Assembly: GCA_052388395.1 (NCBI GenBank)
Contig: JBQTIF010000011.1
Coordinates: 1,191-65,190 of the forward strand
Direction of reading: 5' to 3'
From: Gemmatimonadaceae bacterium
GTDB taxonomy: Bacteria > Gemmatimonadota > Gemmatimonadetes > Gemmatimonadales > Gemmatimonadaceae
DNA length: 64,000 nucleotides
Of this stretch, positions 36,937 to 45,536 are shown one piece after another. The notes below the pieces were generated by a model. That model saw nothing but the letters and a program-made list of their open reading frames with translations. It was not told the origin of the DNA and did not search any database. Every line of letters starts with the position of its first letter. The first letter of the stretch is position 1. Made by a program: the position numbers and the translations under genes.

Positions 36937-37740
36937 TTATGGACGCGGCCGTACGACGAGCCTAACCGGTAATGTCGCGCGGCTGGTTGGAGCATTGCGC
37001 GCTGCCACGTTGTCGTACGCGAAGCTGAAGCGTACCTGCGCCTCATATGTCCCCGGCAGCAACGTGCTCACCCGGAAATTCAGCGCCGCGTACCCGCTGC
37101 CTGCATTGAAGCGGCCGACAATCACAGCTGCCGATCCCTGCTCGAGCGTTCGCGACAGCAGGAAACTGTCGAAGCTTGGCCAGTCGACCCCTGACGTCAT
37201 CTCAACATTCCCGATTACGGCCCACGCGCAGCGATCCGTCACTCGCAGAATTTCCGGACAATTAGGATCGACGAATTTGATCATCCGCCAGTCGGGCGCC
37301 TTCGATCCTTGTACGTAGTCAATCACGACGGCTTCGGGGTTGAGGGCTACCGATGCTGTCGGAGTTTTCGTGATTTCCAGAACAACGGACCATTCCAGGA
37401 CGTTCGAGTTGGGCGATGACGCCGAGACGAAGCCTATGTACCTCCCGACAGGCGAACTCCCAGGGTTTGCAATGACTCTGACCGTTGCGGACGCTGCATT
37501 CGTTCGACTCGGTGAAACCGAAAGCCACTTTCCGCCGCCGTACGTGCGAGTCTTGACGGTGATTGGGGAAGAAGAGCTGACTAGATCGAGCACGTGTGGG
37601 GACGGCATGAAGCGACTCCCCTCCATGTAACCAAAATGGATGTCGCCATAATCGGTTGGGGAAACATCGGGACCGGTTATGTCACTCTCGCAGGCGATCA
37701 CGCTCGCCGCGGCGAGTACCCAGATGGAGTTGTAGCGCAT
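36937..37740 (-). CDS. Hypothetical lipoprotein with two Ig/BACON-like repeats
   Basis: Lipobox VIAC. Repeated ...WLSVSP...ATVRVIANP... style beta-rich segments. Confidence 0.5.
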   Translation of the reverse strand: MRYNSIWVLAAASVIACESDITGPDVSPTDYGDIHFGYMEGSRFMPSPHVLDLVSSSSPITVKTRTYGGGKWLSVSPSRTNAASATVRVIANPGSSPVGRYIGFVSASSPNSNVLEWSVVLEITKTPTASVALNPEAVVIDYVQGSKAPDWRMIKFVDPNCPEILRVTDRCAWAVIGNVEMTSGVDWPSFDSFLLSRTLEQGSAAVIVGRFNAGSGYAALNFRVSTLLPGTYEAQVRFSFAYDNVAARNAPTSRATLPVRLVVRPRP

Positions 37741-37863
37741 GGGGGGCTCCGGAAAGATGCGGCACGCTGCCGCTGCCTAGGTGCGAGGCCCCTTCCGAAT
37801 TCTGACAGCGAAGGATCCATGTAAGGAGATCAACTTCGCGCGATCTGCGACGGACCGATCGCC

Positions 37864-38940
37864 TTACGTGGCGCGGCGGCGCTCCGAGCGCATCGTCTCA
37901 GCGCTGTCCGAGCTGACGCTCCCTAGATCAACCATCTTCTTGGGATTCAGCCTAACGCGGTACGGCTCTTCCACCGCGTAGTAACGGTACTCTGCGAAAG
38001 GCAACCCGCTTGCCGCGAACAAGCAGAACATGTGCGGCTGTCGGTAGAACTCGTCACCAGTAAGGTCGTAGTCGACGATATGGTCGTAAGGCACGCGTCC
38101 AACCTCGAACGCGCGGATCACTTTGTAGCGCTCCGCATCGAACGCGAAGCCTACCGGTATCGGCGCCCACGTCTCCTCCTCTGACAATGCCACGTCGACC
38201 GACGATAGGATGACCTCGATTCCGTCGTGATAGAAGTCGTACGTGCTGACCTCGAACCACCCACGAGCAATGCCTAGCCTCGCTTCTATCTCTGGGTACG
38301 AGTCATCGTCAATCGACCGCAAGATGAGCTTCGCGTGCTTGAACTTTTCGAACGGTCGCGACGCGCTACGCGGTCGGGCGACAGCGGGTTTCACGAAGTC
38401 GCGCGTCATGCGTTGCTTGAGCTGAACGCGGCGGCGGATCCCGCGGACTTTGAGATGCCAGCGCTTGAACGACGAAACCCCGAAGTACGCAAAAAGCAAA
38501 TCGGGTCGCTCTGCGTACAACCGCTTCTCGAGATCAACTCGTGCCCAGACGCTCACGTGATTGATGCCGCGCTGCGTCGCAACATGACGCAGCTCTTCGA
38601 TCGCGGCCTGCGAGACGTCCGACGTCGTAATCATTAGTAGTACGTCGGGTATTCGATCCGGGTCGCCAAGCATCGCGATCGCGGATTGAGCGAGCGAAGC
38701 ACCCCCGCCGTCCTCCGCGTGGTTGATCTTTATCCACCACGTTCGCTGCACGCCTTTGCCAGCGTCTTCGCGCCCTATGAATTCTGGGTCACTCGGGCTG
38801 GACCGCCCGCTCGCACGCCGCAGCGATAACCAAGCGGCGGCCGGAAACACCAAGCTCGCGACTAGATCCGACAGCCTTGTCGAATCGAGCGTGCTGAGTA
38901 GCAAGCGACGCTGCCGGCGGTTGGAGTCAGCCATCCACAA
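37864..38940 (-). CDS. Hypothetical protein with N-terminal restriction-endonuclease-like (Mrr-type) region and an unknown C-terminal domain
   Basis: RTWWIKINH...PDVLLMITTSDVSQAAIEELRHVA...HVSVWARVDLEKRL resembles the Mrr_cat core layout. The similarity is weak and judged only by eye. Confidence 0.35.
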   Translation of the reverse strand: MWMADSNRRQRRLLLSTLDSTRLSDLVASLVFPAAAWLSLRRASGRSSPSDPEFIGREDAGKGVQRTWWIKINHAEDGGGASLAQSAIAMLGDPDRIPDVLLMITTSDVSQAAIEELRHVATQRGINHVSVWARVDLEKRLYAERPDLLFAYFGVSSFKRWHLKVRGIRRRVQLKQRMTRDFVKPAVARPRSASRPFEKFKHAKLILRSIDDDSYPEIEARLGIARGWFEVSTYDFYHDGIEVILSSVDVALSEEETWAPIPVGFAFDAERYKVIRAFEVGRVPYDHIVDYDLTGDEFYRQPHMFCLFAASGLPFAEYRYYAVEEPYRVRLNPKKMVDLGSVSSDSAETMRSERRRAT

Positions 38941-39203
38941 ACCGTGAAATCGTTAGAGATCCTTAACGCGACAGCTGCAAAAACGCAGCGTGAGATAAGG
39001 TATGCCCACTGCGGCGCCCCCCGCCACAACGGTTTTACCTCACAGGGCATACCCGGCCCAACATTGGATGCGTATTATATGCGCCCCGTGTGATCTAGGT
39101 CACCAGGGAGACGGCTGGTAATGGAACACGACGCGCGCACTCACGATTGTAGAGCAGACTGAGCGCTCGCTGTGGTCTGATGAGAAATGTGGGGCGGAGG
39201 AGC

Positions 39204-40961
39204 ATGGCCACCGGGACCCAAACCGGCGCTGACGGTACATCGAGAGTTCGCATCTGTCCGGCGTGCGGCACGCGCTATCCCCCGATGACGCGGTTTTGCG
39301 CGTCCGACGGACAAGTGCTGCGCGACGAGGGGAGCCAAGACGATTGGCTCGTCGGCAAACTCGTTGCCGATCGCTACTACATCGAACGCCAACTCGGCGT
39401 CGGTGGAATGGGCGTGGTTTACCTCGCACAGCAGGTCTACATGTCGCGCCGCTGCGCGCTCAAGGTGCTGCGTCCCGAGTTTTTGAAGAACACCGACGCA
39501 GTGGGACGCTTCGCGCGCGGCGCGCAGAACGCGTCGCGGATTTCGCACCCTAACGTGGCGGCTGTCTACGATTTTGGTGAGATCGAAGGTGAGTCGATGT
39601 ATCTCGCTATGGAGTACGTCGACGGCGAATCGTTAGGCTCCGTGTTGGAGGCTACTGGAAAGCTGCCGATCGCCCGAGTGGCGACGATCATTTCTCAGGT
39701 CGCGTCGGCGCTCAAAGCTGCGCACGAGCTTGGAATCGTTCACCGAGATCTTAAACCCGACAATATCATGATCACGCGATCCGGCGAATCGGCCGATCTC
39801 GTGAAAGTCGTAGACTTCGGCATTGCGCGAGCGATTCTACAGGAATCGCAGGACGTGACGAGCAGCGGCATCTCGATCGGGACGCCTGCGTACATGAGTC
39901 CTGAGCAGATCACCGGCGACAAAGTCGATCCTCGATCAGACGTCTATTCCTTGGCGCTGGTGACGTACGTGATGCTCGCCGGTTCGCTGCCGTTAGGTGC
40001 CGAGCCATTGGATCTCGCGGTGCGCTTCCTGCAAAAGCCGAAACCGCTGCGCGAGCTAGATCCGTTGACCGAGTGGCCGGACGAGCTGCAGGGGGTGCTG
40101 GACCGCGCGCTCGCTTGGGATGCCGCCGATCGGCATGAAAACGTGCAGCAGTTCGCGCGGGAGCTGATCGATGCGCTGCGCAACTGGCAGCCGGCAGACA
40201 TTGCGTCGTCACTCTCCTCGCTCACAATGCTGGGGGCCGACGTCACGAGCGCGTTGCCGCCGGACATGATTGTGCGCTGGGCGACACCGCAGCTGGAGCA
40301 GCCGGCGCTTGCGGCGACGGGAACGCGCAGCGGCAAACGGCGGCGGCTGGTCATGGCCGGGAGTGGTGCTCTTGTAGTCGCCGCGTTAGGTACGATCGCT
40401 GTTCTGACCCTGATGAATCGCGCAGAAACAGCCCGTAAACAGGTAACAGCCGCTGAGCCGACGCCGCTGAAGGTCGACTCGGCCGCTCGCGCACTCAGTG
40501 CTCTCGCGTCTAAGGTCGAAGGGAATGTGCAGGCTGTGGCGCCAGTGGCTGAGCCAGAACGCGGCGCACCGGCCTCGCGCAATTTGACGGCAGCGACGAA
40601 CCGCCCGTCCGCGCGCCAGCTGGCTGAGGCCGGGGTACGGCCGTCAGTAGGTAACGAGTCAGCTCCCGCTGCCGACTCAACGACATCGCACACGAAGGCT
40701 CCAGATAGCGTCGTTGCACCGGCGGTGCTCCCAACAACAGGCGTCATCCGCATTGGAACGCCCGCCATGCTTGGCGCGGCGTTGTACATGAACGGCGAAT
40801 TGGTCGGCGTCCTGGCGGGGCTGCGGAACTTCACAGTCCCTGCGGGACCACTGCGTTTGCGACTGCATCTCGAGCAGTGTCGTGACTGGGATTCAACTGT
40901 GATGGTCGGGCGAGGCGATACCGTCGTTGTCGGTACGCGGCGACCGGCTTGCGCACCTTAG
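39204..40961 (+). CDS. Ser/Thr protein kinase with N-terminal zinc ribbon, one TM and a PEGA-like C-terminal domain
   Basis: RICPACGTRYPPMTRFCASDG. Kinase motifs GVGGMGVVY, ALKVL, HRDLKPDN, DFGIA, YMSPE. GGAGG RBS. Confidence 0.85.
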   Translation: MATGTQTGADGTSRVRICPACGTRYPPMTRFCASDGQVLRDEGSQDDWLVGKLVADRYYIERQLGVGGMGVVYLAQQVYMSRRCALKVLRPEFLKNTDAVGRFARGAQNASRISHPNVAAVYDFGEIEGESMYLAMEYVDGESLGSVLEATGKLPIARVATIISQVASALKAAHELGIVHRDLKPDNIMITRSGESADLVKVVDFGIARAILQESQDVTSSGISIGTPAYMSPEQITGDKVDPRSDVYSLALVTYVMLAGSLPLGAEPLDLAVRFLQKPKPLRELDPLTEWPDELQGVLDRALAWDAADRHENVQQFARELIDALRNWQPADIASSLSSLTMLGADVTSALPPDMIVRWATPQLEQPALAATGTRSGKRRRLVMAGSGALVVAALGTIAVLTLMNRAETARKQVTAAEPTPLKVDSAARALSALASKVEGNVQAVAPVAEPERGAPASRNLTAATNRPSARQLAEAGVRPSVGNESAPAADSTTSHTKAPDSVVAPAVLPTTGVIRIGTPAMLGAALYMNGELVGVLAGLRNFTVPAGPLRLRLHLEQCRDWDSTVMVGRGDTVVVGTRRPACAP

Positions 40962-40970
40962 CCGGAGGGG

Positions 40971-42035
40971 ATGATGCGAGTTGTAGCTGCTGCTAGCGTG
41001 TCGCTTTTTGCGGCGAACGTTGTACTGGCACAATCGGCCGACCGGTCTGCAACGCGCGAGATGTTGGACCGTGGACGCGCAGCGCTGAACGACCTGCGCT
41101 ACCAGCGCGCCGACAGCATCGCCAGAGACGTGCTGTCACTCGGGATGCTTCCGCGACCAGCTCGCGTGGAAGCGTTGCAGCTTATCGCCGCTGCTAATTA
41201 TCCTGAGTTAGCTGTCGAGCAGCGGATTGCACCCGCGCGATCAGCAATCGCACAGCTATTGAGCCTGGACCTGGCCCTAACGATTCCACGCGAGCTGTCA
41301 TGGACGGGGCTCGATTCGCTGTATCGTGATGTGGTGGCAACAACGTATGCGACGTCGGTGCTGGTACGGCGCGAGAACCCAATCGCGGGAATAAACGGCA
41401 CAGCGCTATTGCGCGTGCGCGCAAACCGGCCCTCTTCCTTCGCGCTGCGTGCTCGCACACGGGACGGTATCGAAGCCGTCCTCCTCGACTCTGTTTCGGG
41501 TGCCGTGGATACGACGCTCACGCTCCGAGTCGCGCGAGACGACAAACTGATTCTGCGTGGCGGAGAATACGACTTTATTGTCACCGCCGTAGATGTAGGT
41601 ACCAAAGAGACAGTTGCTAAGACGTTTGATGGGGTGGCGCTCGTGCCGCCACTCGAGGCGCTGGCCGTTCCAGCGCGCGTCGATTCGACCGTGCTGCGGG
41701 CGGAGCGTACACGCCCGGAAAAGACAACGGGCATCGTCGCGGGAGTATTGCTGGGTGTTGCGACGATTGCGTTAGGCAAGGGACTCCGCGCGAGCGATCC
41801 AATTAAGAGCGACGGTGAGACGGACTCACGCTATACCGCGGCTGGTATTGTCATGATTGTCGGCTCGATCGCTGCGGCGTGGTACGACAAAGGGAGAGTG
41901 CTCGACAAAAACCGGGAGGCGAATCGCAAGATGGCGAGCGATGTGCTGACCCGTCAGCGCATCGCACGTGAAGAGAACCTCAGGCGCGCTGCTGAGTACC
42001 GCGCGAGCATCACACTCAATCCGGAGGGACGCTGA
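40971..42035 (+). CDS. Hypothetical secreted/membrane-anchored protein
   Basis: Signal peptide, two C-terminal TM helices, GGAGGGG RBS. Its stop overlaps the next start (TGATG). Confidence 0.55.
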   Translation: MMRVVAAASVSLFAANVVLAQSADRSATREMLDRGRAALNDLRYQRADSIARDVLSLGMLPRPARVEALQLIAAANYPELAVEQRIAPARSAIAQLLSLDLALTIPRELSWTGLDSLYRDVVATTYATSVLVRRENPIAGINGTALLRVRANRPSSFALRARTRDGIEAVLLDSVSGAVDTTLTLRVARDDKLILRGGEYDFIVTAVDVGTKETVAKTFDGVALVPPLEALAVPARVDSTVLRAERTRPEKTTGIVAGVLLGVATIALGKGLRASDPIKSDGETDSRYTAAGIVMIVGSIAAAWYDKGRVLDKNREANRKMASDVLTRQRIAREENLRRAAEYRASITLNPEGR

Positions 42036-42730
42036 TGCGCGCGACTCTATTCTGTTTCGCGGCGCTCTCTCTTATAGCCGCTGCGGCGAGCGCTCAAGGA
42101 GCTGATAGCGCAACGGCGTACACACGCACAGCGGAGTTCAGGTTCGGTGCATTGATGGCATCGACCAAGCGCGCGGCATCGGGGGCGACAGGCGCAGTCG
42201 CGCAAGCGCAGACGTCGCTCAAGGGCGTCGAGTTTCTGGCCCGAGCAACCGGAGGCGCGGCACTCGTTGCCCGGTACGAAACCGGGACACTCCCTGGCTC
42301 CAGCGCAAGCCCCGCCACTGGCAAGTTCGAGATCATTGACGGGCATGTCTTGTTAGGCGATCGCTCCTTGGCCCTCATTGCAGGATACATGCTGCGCACG
42401 TCGGCGCTGTCCGGCGACGACAAGCAGCTCGGACTCGCCCGAGCTGGTCTTCATCTCGCGCGCTTTTTCCCAGGCGCTGGTTTCGAGGTGAGCCTCAACG
42501 GATCGTATGTGCGCACGCCTGTGAAAGACAAAGTCGACTCGCTCATCGCGGATGGTATCGAGGGGCAGACGGCGCTGACTTACATACCTGAACGAGTACC
42601 ACTGTATGTGCAGCTCGCGTATCGCCGCGAAACCTTCAATCTGAAGCGTGACGATCTGTTCATCCGGCGCGAAGAGGTCTCCAAGCTCATACTGACCATC
42701 GGAGTCCAGTACGGGCTGTCAGTGCGATAA
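42035..42730 (+). CDS. Hypothetical secreted protein, possibly an outer-membrane beta-barrel
   Basis: Signal peptide MRATLFCFAALSLIAAAASAQG. Alternating-hydrophobicity strands. The C-terminus ends in GVQYGLSVR. Confidence 0.45.
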   Translation: MRATLFCFAALSLIAAAASAQGADSATAYTRTAEFRFGALMASTKRAASGATGAVAQAQTSLKGVEFLARATGGAALVARYETGTLPGSSASPATGKFEIIDGHVLLGDRSLALIAGYMLRTSALSGDDKQLGLARAGLHLARFFPGAGFEVSLNGSYVRTPVKDKVDSLIADGIEGQTALTYIPERVPLYVQLAYRRETFNLKRDDLFIRREEVSKLILTIGVQYGLSVR

Positions 42731-42741
42731 GCGGTGGCTGC

Positions 42742-43284
42742 ATGAGCGTGGACGTCCATCACGTGCTGGAGGCGTTGCAGCCTCGACTCGTTAGGTTCTT
42801 CGCGGCGCGGCTTACAGATGCGCATCTGCGCGATGATCTCGTTGGCCGCGTCAATGAGCGAGTTCTTCGACGTGCGGCCGAGGGCGCGCCGATCGAGGAT
42901 GTGGAGCGCTTCGCGTTTGGCGTGGCGAAGCACGTGCTGCAGGAGCATTGGCGCGAAGCGTCGCGGAACCGCAGCTCCGAGGTCACGCTGACCGAGACGG
43001 TCGAGAACATTGCGCGCACGCTCACGTCCACCACCGCGGTTACCGGCGCTTTCTCTCGGTCGGCCGCGCTCGAAGCGCTGAAGCACTGTCTTGTAGAGCT
43101 ACCTGACGTGGATCAAACGATCGCGGTGCGCTGCTACGGCGACGGCAAGAGCAAGGACAATCGTGCGGCATTGTCGGAGGAGCTCGCGATGACGCGGAAT
43201 GCCTTGGATGTGCGCATCTCGCGCATTAGGGCCCGGCTCGAGGAATGCGTAAAGAACAGGCTAACCAGTCGCTTAGCGAAGTAA
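42742..43284 (+). CDS. ECF-like sigma-70 family protein
   Basis: Region 2-like FFAARL...DLVGRVNERVL and region 4-like LPDVDQTIAVRCYGDG...LSEELAMTRNALDVRISRIRARL. Confidence 0.55.
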   Translation: MSVDVHHVLEALQPRLVRFFAARLTDAHLRDDLVGRVNERVLRRAAEGAPIEDVERFAFGVAKHVLQEHWREASRNRSSEVTLTETVENIARTLTSTTAVTGAFSRSAALEALKHCLVELPDVDQTIAVRCYGDGKSKDNRAALSEELAMTRNALDVRISRIRARLEECVKNRLTSRLAK

Positions 43285-43392
43285 CCTCCTTGTTCTCGCG
43301 TCCAACCGCACTCATCGAAACAGCGGGCCCTAACGGGTTGGCCCCCGAAAGTACTGCGCCTCAGACAACCGCAGGTCGATCATGCTGGCACG

Positions 43393-43908
43393 TTATCGAC
43401 GACGGAGCGTCGCAGTTACTGTGACGCCCGCCGCGGGTGAGGCCTGTGCAGTAATGGTCGCGCCACTCATGGTGCCAGCAACCAACGGAGCCGTGGCGAA
43501 CTTGCTGAAACCGGAATCGGCGGCGAACACTAGACTTGACCCATTGAGTGTGTAGCGGCCTGAGATCGCGCGGTTGACGTTCTCGGTGTAGTCTCGGCAT
43601 GCTCCACGATAGTTGTACGTCGCTGTAAACCGACCGGCCGTGTTGAACGTGATCGCAGCACCAAGCCCGGTCATCGCGCAACCGCGCACGGTCGGAAGCA
43701 AGACCGGAGGCGGTGAGCCATTCAAAGACATAGCGTCATAAGTGCCTACGACGGCGCTGACATTACCGGATGACGTCGCCGGTGATGCGGCTGGTGGTGC
43801 CGCCGGCGCCGTAGCAGAGGAGGAACAAGCCGCGCCGGCGATTGACAGGCATAGGATGGCTGTCGGAGCCTTTGCGAGGAGAAATGTTGCAGTTGTCAGG
43901 CGACGCAT
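43393..43908 (-). CDS. Hypothetical lipoprotein
   Basis: Lipobox SIAGAAC followed by an Ala/Pro/Ser linker and a beta-rich body. Confidence 0.55.
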   Translation of the reverse strand: MRRLTTATFLLAKAPTAILCLSIAGAACSSSATAPAAPPAASPATSSGNVSAVVGTYDAMSLNGSPPPVLLPTVRGCAMTGLGAAITFNTAGRFTATYNYRGACRDYTENVNRAISGRYTLNGSSLVFAADSGFSKFATAPLVAGTMSGATITAQASPAAGVTVTATLRRR

Positions 43909-44037
43909 GGAAACCTCCGCGTGTGCAGTATGTGGGATGCTGCGCTCACGAGCTCACACATGGTTGTGACGGCGTTGAGGAATCCTGACAGCACCGTGTG
44001 AAAGCGTTGGCGCCTAACGGCGGCCCGAATGCAGACA

Positions 44038-44061
44038 AGGGAGCTCTAAGCCGAGCTCCCT
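44038..44061 (-). terminator. Hairpin downstream of gene 44096..45394
   Basis: AGGGAGCTC (44038-44046), loop TAAGCC, GAGCTCCCT (44053-44061). Confidence 0.45.
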
Positions 44062-44095
44062 CGTTCTACGTTTGGATTTCTAGTGACGCGTCAGC

Positions 44096-45394
44096 TCACG
44101 CGCATTTCTTTGCCGCAGCTTCAGTCATTTCGAGAATTAGTGCGTCGCTCGCGCCCGCCTGCTTGAGGCTGATGAGAGCCGTCGGGGACGTGTCGAACTT
44201 GCAAGGCGAGTTCTTGATCTGATTGATGATGATAGGGTCTGATAGCTTCGCTTTCACGAGCTCCACGATCTCCTTGTTTGTCAGAACGGGAGCTCGCGGC
44301 TTGGTCTGCGTCGCCGTCGATGCGGCCCCAATTTCCACCGCGTTCGCCTCGAGCTGGCTGCGCCGTGCGTTCAGGCTAATCAGCTGTTGCACCGCGGCGA
44401 TCGCTTCGTTGGTGATACCCGTGTTGCGCAAACCTCCCGACTGTTGCAGCGCACGCAATCCGTCATGCGGTTTGCCCGAGTACGTCAGCGCGACGCCAAG
44501 GTTGTAGTATGCCTTTGCCAGGAGGTTCTTGTCGTTAGGGTTGCCGCATGAATTGGTGATCGCGGCCTGGAGCGTTTCCGCAGCGCCTGTGAAGTCGCCA
44601 CTCTTAATCCGTCCAGCGCTCGTGTTGAGGTCGCACTTCTTGTCATCATAGAGAACAACGCTGATCGTCTCCTGCCATGGGTAAATCATTCGCGAAACCT
44701 CCGCGACCGCGCGCTCATAAACTTTGGTCAACACGGCGTCGGCACTCGGCGGCTCCGGATCCCCCTGATACGAGCCAGCCAGCAGCGTGTCGGCCTTTTC
44801 GATCAAGTCGCCGGCAAGCACCTTTCCAGTCGTTAGGTCGATGAGACTGATACGCGCGGTGAGCTGGGCGTTGGTGCGACGCAAGTACGTCCGCACCACG
44901 CGACCTTGACTATCCTGCGTGTCGCGATAGAGCGGCCCCGATTGCTCCACGTGGCAGCGAATGACCCTGCCGGTGAAGAGGGCGGCGGGGCCGACGAGAG
45001 CGCCGATTTTGACGGCAGCGTCTGGGCTGACCGAGCCCGAAGCTTGAAAACCCTGTTCGCGCAGGATGGCGTCGATGCTCGTCCTGTCGATGAGCTCGAA
45101 CTGACTGGAGCGGCCGATCTCCGCCGAGAGGCGCTCTGTGAGCTCGGGCCCGCATCGTCCGGTGCCGGTGAACTCGAGGACCGAGACTCTATTCACACCC
45201 TTGAGCACGACCTGCGGTGGGTGTGTGACGACAATCTTGGAGCGCTGATTCGTTAGGCGCTCCCATAGCTGTGCCTCCGCCCGTGACGAGAGCGGCGCGA
45301 CCACAGCGCACGCCGCCATGATCCCTCCCATCGCGCGCCTTATCGAGGACATCAAGCTCGGTCTGGGGCGCTGCTGCCGAGTCGTTTGTCTCAT
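44096..45394 (-). CDS. CsgG-like periplasmic/outer-membrane protein with C-terminal helical (TPR-like) region
   Basis: SSQFELIDRTSIDAILREQGFQASG is the CsgG-family signature. ATG at 45394 with GGAGG 5 nt upstream. Confidence 0.5.
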   Translation of the reverse strand: MRQTTRQQRPRPSLMSSIRRAMGGIMAACAVVAPLSSRAEAQLWERLTNQRSKIVVTHPPQVVLKGVNRVSVLEFTGTGRCGPELTERLSAEIGRSSQFELIDRTSIDAILREQGFQASGSVSPDAAVKIGALVGPAALFTGRVIRCHVEQSGPLYRDTQDSQGRVVRTYLRRTNAQLTARISLIDLTTGKVLAGDLIEKADTLLAGSYQGDPEPPSADAVLTKVYERAVAEVSRMIYPWQETISVVLYDDKKCDLNTSAGRIKSGDFTGAAETLQAAITNSCGNPNDKNLLAKAYYNLGVALTYSGKPHDGLRALQQSGGLRNTGITNEAIAAVQQLISLNARRSQLEANAVEIGAASTATQTKPRAPVLTNKEIVELVKAKLSDPIIINQIKNSPCKFDTSPTALISLKQAGASDALILEMTEAAAKKCA

Positions 45395-45536
45395 GGACCC
45401 CTCCGACGTTGGTGGAGACCGGTAGACGGCCTCCGTTGTGTCAGCCTCCAGGTTCACACCAAGAAGTGACGGGAGGGCGGGAATCCTGACGCCGAGCTCC
45501 CCGATGCTCGCTTCGTGCGAAAACGTTGTGAGCGGA

